A DNA stretch of 64,000 nucleotides, from positions 6,101 to 70,100 of the forward strand of contig CAZOLJ010000009.1 of assembly GCA_964580575.1 (NCBI GenBank). The letters run 5' to 3'. The DNA is from an uncultured Desulfobacteraceae bacterium. Its GTDB lineage: Bacteria > Desulfobacterota > DSM-4660 > Desulfatiglandales > HGW-15. Below are positions 59,390 through 64,000 of this stretch, in pieces (the stretch's first letter is position 1; each line of letters begins with the position of its first letter). The position numbers and the translations under genes are program-made. Under the pieces are notes generated by a model. The model worked only from the letters and a program-made list of their open reading frames with translations. It ran no database searches and had not been told where the DNA came from.

Positions 59390-61058
59390 TCCGAGAATTT
59401 GGGGGTTCAGGAATGCGCTTTCAAACACCACAGGAAAGGGGAGAAAGAGAACGGCCTTCATGGTTGTGGTCGGCCTGGCTTTCTGGGTTCTCCTGTTCGT
59501 CCTGTCCTTCCGCGTCTTGAGATACTTCCAGTCTGTGGAAGTCATCGGCGACCTGCTCGCCCATCATCTCCTCGGCATGATCCTGATGGTCTTCTTCTCT
59601 CTCCTCATTTTCAGCCATATCATCACGGCCCTGTCTAACCTCTATTTGTCATCGGACCTGGAGCTCTGCCATGCCTGCCCCGCACCTCTCGAAGAAGTTT
59701 TTCTGAGCCGCGCGATTTACACGGTGATGGACAGTTCCTGGATGGTGATCGTTTTCGGCCTGCCGGTCATGATGGCCTATGCCTTTGTGTTCAAACCTGG
59801 TTTCGGGTTCTACTTTTCCCTCCTGCACATGGGGCTTGGCGTGACCCTGATCGCTGGAGCCCTCGGCATCCTGCTCACCATGGTCCTCGTCCGTGTCTTT
59901 CCGGCCCAGAGGACCCGAGATATCATCATGCTTCTGGGAGTGTGCGGGCTCGGTGCTCTTTATCTGATGTTCCGGCTGCTGAGGCCGGAAAGGCTGGTGG
60001 ACCCTGACGCCTTTTTCAGCATCGCCCAGTACATGGCGGCGCTTCAGGGTCCGGACTCCCCCTATCTGCCCACCCACTGGATGACCGAGACGCTCTGGGC
60101 ATACTTGAGCCGTTCATCGGGAAAAGAGATCTTGTTCCAATCCGGCCTGCTTTGGAGCACAGCCGGTGCGCTGACGGCCATCAACGTGTGGGTGGCTCAG
60201 GCGATCTACTTCTCCGGGTTTTCCAAGTCCCAGGAGGCCAAGAGAAGAAGAGCAGGGAAGAGGCTCTTGGACCTTTTCGTGGCGATGATCAAACGGCCTT
60301 TCAAACCCGAGCTCGGAGCCATCATCGACAAAGACCTCCGGGCCTTTTTCAGGGACAACACCCAGTGGTCACAGCTGCTGCTTCTGGGAGCGCTGGTCGT
60401 GGTTTATGTTTACAATTTCTCGGTGCTTCCTCTGGACAAAAGCCCCATTCGCATCGAGTTTCTTCAGAACGAGATCGCTTTTCTCAACGTGGGGCTTGCG
60501 GGGTTCGTGCTCTCCGCGGTCTCTGTTCGCTTCATCTTTCCTGCCGTGAGCTCTGAAGGTGCTGCGTTCTGGATCGTCCGGTCTTCGCCCGTGCCCCTCA
60601 AACGGTTTCTCTGGACCAAGTTCGCCCTTTACCTACTCCCCATGCTCGTTCTCGGGGAAATGCTCATCCTATTGACCAACCGCCTTCTCGAAGTGACTCC
60701 CTTCATGATGGCACTTTCTTCAGTCACCATGTTTCTCGCCGTTTTCGGGATTGTGGCGCTTGGAGTGGGCATGGGCGCCATGTATCCTAATTTCAATCAC
60801 CAGAACATTGCGCAGGTGGCGACCGGTTTCGGCGGGCTCATGTTTATGATTGTCAGTGCCGCCTTTGTGGCTCTCATCGTTGCGCTGGAAGCGGGACCTG
60901 TCTATGTGCTGGTCATGGCTGAGATCAGAGGAGTGCCGGTGACAGGTTGGCAGTGGTTCTTGATCGTGTTGTCCTTTTCCGCCGTCCTCTTCATCATGGC
61001 CGCTGGCGTCTACAAGCCGATGAAAATGGGATTGAAAGCGTTGAGCGAACACGAATAG
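59364..61058 (+). CDS. Large polytopic membrane protein, a putative ABC exporter permease, about 564 aa.
   Basis: The ATG at 59364 follows GGAGGG and overlaps the ATPase gene by 26 nt. There are at least 10 hydrophobic segments. The product resembles the putative-ABC-exporter family, by recognition only. Confidence 0.65.
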   Translation: MRRLCLLLSPRIWGFRNALSNTTGKGRKRTAFMVVVGLAFWVLLFVLSFRVLRYFQSVEVIGDLLAHHLLGMILMVFFSLLIFSHIITALSNLYLSSDLELCHACPAPLEEVFLSRAIYTVMDSSWMVIVFGLPVMMAYAFVFKPGFGFYFSLLHMGLGVTLIAGALGILLTMVLVRVFPAQRTRDIIMLLGVCGLGALYLMFRLLRPERLVDPDAFFSIAQYMAALQGPDSPYLPTHWMTETLWAYLSRSSGKEILFQSGLLWSTAGALTAINVWVAQAIYFSGFSKSQEAKRRRAGKRLLDLFVAMIKRPFKPELGAIIDKDLRAFFRDNTQWSQLLLLGALVVVYVYNFSVLPLDKSPIRIEFLQNEIAFLNVGLAGFVLSAVSVRFIFPAVSSEGAAFWIVRSSPVPLKRFLWTKFALYLLPMLVLGEMLILLTNRLLEVTPFMMALSSVTMFLAVFGIVALGVGMGAMYPNFNHQNIAQVATGFGGLMFMIVSAAFVALIVALEAGPVYVLVMAEIRGVPVTGWQWFLIVLSFSAVLFIMAAGVYKPMKMGLKALSEHE

Positions 61059-61134
61059 AAAGGGACAAAGGTACAAAGCAGAAAACCTCTAATACCCCCT
61101 TTGTCCCAATGTGCCTCTGTCCCTTTGTACCTCG
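61058..61134. repeat. GGACAAAG-type word-repeat hairpin, copy 3.
   Basis: AGAAAGGGACAAAGGTACAAAGCAG, loop AAAACCTCTAATACC, then CCCTTTGTCCCAATGTGCCTCTGTCCCTTTGTACCTCG. It starts at the permease stop codon. Confidence 0.6.
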
Positions 61135-61215
61135 TTTTGTAAAAATATTGGACTTTCCCATCGGAGTGCGGGCATAATTTTTATTTTCAATTCCTGACGA
61201 AGAGACTTCGCGACT

Positions 61216-62268
61216 ATGTTTGACTTTGAGTGCGTCGGCAACCTTCACATCCACACGGTTCACTCCGACGGAACAGAAACTGTTCCGCAAATAGCGGAAT
61301 CCGCCGCAAAGGCAGGCCTTGATTTCATCATTATCAACGACCACTCTTACATGGCGGATGCTCTCTCTTTGCAGGAAGAGGGCTTCTACGGAAAAGTGCT
61401 TGTGCTTGTGGGTTCCGAGTTGGGCGTTCGTTTTCACCACTACCTGGCGTTTGATTTGAAGGAACGCATTGCAGAGCACAGCCTACCGCCTCAAAAAATG
61501 ATCGACGAGGTTCAAGCCCAGGGAGGGTTCGGATTTCTCGCCCATCCCTTTGAAAAGGGGATGCCTTTTACGGAGAAATCGGTCGCCTACACGTGGAATG
61601 ATCTGTCTGTGACGGGCTACCAGGGGATCTGTCTTTGGAACTTCATGTCCCGATGGAAGGAGCGGGTCAGAACCATCCTTCATGGTTTCTTCTTCTTGGC
61701 CTTCAAGACTCAGCTTCTCAAGGGGCCGAGTCGGGAGACTTTGGCCTTCTGGGACCAGCAATGCCGCCAGAGAAGAATGGCGGTCATCGGGGGCTCCGAT
61801 GCCCATGGGACGGAGTTCAAGTGGGGGCCGCTGAACCTCACGCCTTTCACCTACGAGTATCTGCTCAACAGCATCACCGTGCACATCTTCCTCAAGAACC
61901 GGCTACCGAAGGTTCTCGAAGAGGCAAAGACGGAAGTTTACGGCGCCCTCAAGGAAGGGCGTCTCTTTGTCGCCCATGATAACCTCTGCCCCTCAAGAGG
62001 CTTCCGCTTTGATTTCATCTCCAATGACGGCTCGGACCTCTACATGGGGGAAGAGGGGGAGTTCAGGGCGGGAAGTTTTGTGATCGAAATCCCTGCAGAG
62101 GGCGAAGTCAGGATGGTCAAAGACGGTCAGGTCGTGAAAAAACGGCGGGGAAGAGAGGTCATGTACGAACCGAAGGAAAAAGGGGTGTACAGGGTTGAGG
62201 TGTATCGGCGCCTGTTTCCTTTCGGCTGGCGACCCTGGATCTTTTCCAATCCCATTTATCTAAGATAG
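61216..62268 (+). CDS. PHP-domain (CehA/McbA-like) metallohydrolase, 350 aa.
   Basis: GNLHIHTVHSDGT, IIINDHS, GGSDAHG. Confidence 0.7.
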   Translation: MFDFECVGNLHIHTVHSDGTETVPQIAESAAKAGLDFIIINDHSYMADALSLQEEGFYGKVLVLVGSELGVRFHHYLAFDLKERIAEHSLPPQKMIDEVQAQGGFGFLAHPFEKGMPFTEKSVAYTWNDLSVTGYQGICLWNFMSRWKERVRTILHGFFFLAFKTQLLKGPSRETLAFWDQQCRQRRMAVIGGSDAHGTEFKWGPLNLTPFTYEYLLNSITVHIFLKNRLPKVLEEAKTEVYGALKEGRLFVAHDNLCPSRGFRFDFISNDGSDLYMGEEGEFRAGSFVIEIPAEGEVRMVKDGQVVKKRRGREVMYEPKEKGVYRVEVYRRLFPFGWRPWIFSNPIYLR

Positions 62269-62349
62269 CTGAAAGTCCTGAGCCTAGTCGAAGGACTGAC
62301 CGCTGACGACCGACCGCCGCAAGACGCCCGCTCTCAGCCTCTTCTCTTC

Positions 62350-62378
62350 TTGACTTCCTCCTTGAATCCTAAGACAAT
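62350..62378 (+). promoter_or_regulatory. Possible tRNA promoter.
   Basis: TTGACT (62350-62355), a 17-nt spacer, then GACAAT (62373-62378), which is a weak -10. It ends 9 nt before tRNA base 1. Confidence 0.3.
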
Positions 62379-62387
62379 TCCGCTATT

Positions 62388-62476
62388 GCCTGGGTGGCGG
62401 AAATGGTAGACGCAAGGGACTTAAAATCCCTCGGTAGGTCCCTACCGTGCCGGTTCGATTCCGGCCCTAGGCACCA
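62388..62476 (+). tRNA. tRNA-Leu, anticodon UAA, with a long variable arm and an encoded CCA.
   Basis: Folded by hand. The acceptor stem is GCCTGGG/CCTAGGC. The anticodon stem AGGGA/TCCCT carries the loop CTTAAAA. The variable-arm stem is GGTAGG/CCTACC. The T arm is GCCGG-TTCGATT-CCGGC. The 3' end is ACCA. Confidence 0.9.
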
Positions 62477-62510
62477 AGCAGCACACCTGCAAAAAAGCGG
62501 GGTTAAAGCA

Positions 62511-62678
62511 ATGAACAATTGCGAGAAGTGCAGTTTCAGGGCGCGGTACGACAGGAATCCACGATCCATTCTGGGCCGCATGTGGAAATGGCATATCGGC
62601 TGGTGCCCGGGATGGAAATCCTACCTCAAATCCCTTCCCGAACAAACGCGTAACAAACTGAAAGAGCAATACCGTTAG
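62511..62678 (+). CDS. Small Cys-containing hypothetical protein, 55 aa.
   Basis: The ATG at 62511 gives MNNCEKCSFRARYDRNPRSILGRMWKWHIGWCPGWKSYLKSLPEQTRNKLKEQYR. The longer tracked ORF (62394-) overlaps the tRNA and is rejected. Confidence 0.4.
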   Translation: MNNCEKCSFRARYDRNPRSILGRMWKWHIGWCPGWKSYLKSLPEQTRNKLKEQYR

Positions 62679-62724
62679 GAACTACCGTTTCCATTTCCGC
62701 TCAGGAAAGGGAGAGCCTTTTTCA

Positions 62725-62931
62725 ATGGACGATTGGTGCGATCAGGAAGACTGGGTTCCTGAGGGGGATCGGGTTTATCGCTGTACCCAGTGCGGCAAGA
62801 GGCTCTATCCCCGAGAGAGGCAGGAGAACGGGAAATTTCTGGGCTGGCAATTGCCGCCGCACAAAACCAAGGGTCACAGGATTAAAGCCATTAAAGCCCG
62901 CCAGCATAGAATCCGAAAAGGTCGGAAGTGA
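62725..62931 (+). CDS. Small basic hypothetical protein with one CxxC, 68 aa.
   Basis: MDDWCDQEDWVPEGDRVYRCTQCGKRLYP...KGHRIKAIKARQHRIRKGRK. The tail is basic. Confidence 0.4.
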   Translation: MDDWCDQEDWVPEGDRVYRCTQCGKRLYPRERQENGKFLGWQLPPHKTKGHRIKAIKARQHRIRKGRK

Positions 62932-62960
62932 GGGACACAAGAACGGGCAAGGAGGAGAAA

Positions 62961-63509
62961 ATGAAGCGAGAGGAGTTGGGAAAGTATTGGAAGAAGGTGA
63001 TAAAAGGGAGGCCGGCAGAATCCAAGGTTATCGACCCGCTCAGCGTGGTGACGGCGCCCTGGGTCAGGCTGAAGTGCAAGTATGGTTGCGAAATGTACGG
63101 AAGGGAATACTGTTGCCCGCCGGAGACCCCGACCCCGGAGCAGACGAGGGGAATTCTCGATTGCTACCAGAGGGCCATTCTATTCCATTACCAGGCTGCT
63201 AAAAAAGAGGGTGAGAACCGGACCAAAGTGCGCAAAGCTTACCTCGACGCGCTCGTAGAACTTGAAGGGGAAATGTTTAAGGATGGATACTACAAAGCCT
63301 TTGTGCTTCTCTCGGGCCCGTGCAGCCTTTGTGCTGAATGTGCAAAATCGAAGAACAAACCGTGCAATTTCGGAAATCGCGCAAGGCCTTCCATGGAGTC
63401 CTGCGGAATCGACGTCTATCAGACAGCCTGGAACAATGGCTTTCCAATCCATCCGCTCCGCCACAAGGGCGAGACGCAGAACCTTTATTGCCTCATGCTC
63501 GTCGACTGA
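62961..63509 (+). CDS. DUF2284-family predicted metal-binding protein, about 182 aa.
   Basis: The ATG at 62961 follows GGAGGA. CKYGCEMYGREYCCPP and CSLCAECAKSKNKPCNF are the Cys-rich blocks typical of DUF2284. Confidence 0.65.
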   Translation: MKREELGKYWKKVIKGRPAESKVIDPLSVVTAPWVRLKCKYGCEMYGREYCCPPETPTPEQTRGILDCYQRAILFHYQAAKKEGENRTKVRKAYLDALVELEGEMFKDGYYKAFVLLSGPCSLCAECAKSKNKPCNFGNRARPSMESCGIDVYQTAWNNGFPIHPLRHKGETQNLYCLMLVD

Positions 63510-63642
63510 AGAAGCGTAGAGCTAAGAGCGCAGAGCAGAGAGCAAGAAGGGCAGGGAAAAGCACTGGGGTAACTCCTTGCTCCAAGCTCTGCGCTTCATC
63601 CTCTTTGCCCTTGCTCTTAGCTCTATGCTCTAGGCTTCTTCA
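63507..63642. repeat. GAGC/AGAG-type long hairpin spanning the whole spacer between two convergent genes and including both stop codons.
   Basis: The outer stem TGAAGAAGC (63507-63515) is a perfect complement of GCTTCTTCA (63634-63642). The next stem is GTAGAGCTAAGAGC (63516-63529) with GCTCTTAGCTCTAT (63613-63626). The inner arms are AG-rich and CT-rich. Confidence 0.6.
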
Positions 63643-64000
63643 GAGGGCCCGCAAGAGCCTGAAAAGGTTGTCTCCGGCAAAGAGGTGGGCCAGCTGGATA
63701 AGCGGATATTGGAGAATGCTGGAGATGATGCCGGTTTTCAGAAACCGATCGGCCAGAAAAACGCCCAGCAGGAGCATCGGCGTGTACCTTGCCATTTCCC
63801 TGTACTTTTGGAGAGCCTCGTAGGAAAGGAAGCTTTCAAGGACGTGCGAGCCATCCAAGGGAGGAATGGGGAGCAGGTTGAACAAACCGAGCGCTATGTT
63901 CAGAATGACCATTGAAAGCAGGATCCTGAGATACAATTCCGAAGGAAAAAAAAGATAACGTATAAGTATTCCCGCAAGGAGCGCAACGCCTAAGTTCGCA
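63640..64000 (-). CDS. Site-2 protease (peptidase M50) family protein. Only the C-terminal part is present; the N-terminus lies beyond the right window edge.
   Basis: The frame stays open to the window edge (...ANLGVALLAGILIRYLFFPSELYLRILLSMVILNIALGLFNLLPIPPLDGSHVLE...). NLLPxxPLDG is the conserved M50 C-terminal motif. Confidence 0.75.
   Translation of the reverse strand, partial: ANLGVALLAGILIRYLFFPSELYLRILLSMVILNIALGLFNLLPIPPLDGSHVLESFLSYEALQKYREMARYTPMLLLGVFLADRFLKTGIISSILQYPLIQLAHLFAGDNLFRLLRAL

Noticed and set aside
62394-62510. The N-terminal part of tracked ORF 62394-62678.
   Set aside because: It overlaps the tRNA-Leu gene on the same strand. Only the distal ATG at 62511 is a plausible start.
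62269-63640. A genomic island or prophage integrated at the tRNA-Leu gene.
   Set aside because: There is no integrase, no direct repeat of the tRNA 3' end and no phage or transposase genes downstream. The flanking genes look like ordinary chromosomal genes.

Overview
This is a chromosomal-looking 64-kb segment that appears moderately GC-rich by eye. The gene content includes single-chain pyruvate:ferredoxin oxidoreductase, a cytochrome-b-anchored succinate dehydrogenase, a transcarboxylase 5S subunit, PPDK, a TatT-associated TRAP transporter, an Mrp-type membrane module and many acyl-CoA enzymes. That suggests a strict anaerobe resembling syntrophic or sulfate-reducing Deltaproteobacteria (Syntrophobacterales-like), but this is inference from gene content only. 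I call about 59 protein genes, one tRNA-Leu(UAA), a few sigma70-like promoter and terminator candidates, and about 14 structured intergenic repeats.

Layout:
- 1-7541 (-): Mrp-like operon E-F-G-A'-B-C-D-D-small-small-D, running off the left edge.
- 7683-8180 (-): MarR regulator, divergent from a 20-kb plus-strand island (8666-27922). The island holds three AMP-forming acyl-CoA ligases, a corrinoid protein plus a URO-D-family methyltransferase-like protein, an acyl-CoA dehydrogenase, two complete Liv-type ABC importers and a DUF169 protein.
- 28227-33731 (-): FmdB zinc ribbon, TRAP DctMQP, TatT, and a second TPR protein.
- 33949-36973: an RmlD-like reductase (+) and an OYE/FadH-like flavoenzyme (-).
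- 37074-48424 (-): class I fumarase, PFOR, malate dehydrogenase, SdhBAC and transcarboxylase 5S. Together these form a methylmalonyl-CoA-pathway-like block.
- 48733-52979 (+): orphan receiver protein, a second FmdB zinc ribbon, a hypothetical protein and PPDK.
- 53100-55649 (-): PlsB-like acyltransferase.
- 55833-63509 (+): bifunctional nuclease, a PHP / transglutaminase-like / ABC ATPase / ABC exporter operon, a second PHP protein, the tRNA, two small Cys proteins and DUF2284.
- 63640-64000 (-): partial M50 protease.

I saw no rRNA, CRISPR array, transposase, integrase, phage genes or recognisable defence or toxin-antitoxin system.

The most unusual signals are non-coding. First, there is a set of intergenic hairpins whose arms are built from tandem 7-8 nt words: GTGACAAG, GGACAAAG/GGCACAAAG, GGAGTANT, AAAGG and GAGC/AGAG types. 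Second, a 292-bp MITE-like palindromic element sits in the MarR-controlled intergenic region. Among the coding regions, the most interesting are the corrinoid / URO-D pair embedded in an acyl-CoA locus, the ligase-containing ABC operons, the multi-MrpD module and the transglutaminase-ABC-PHP operon. All functional calls rest on my reading of the translated ORFs and motifs. No database search was run.
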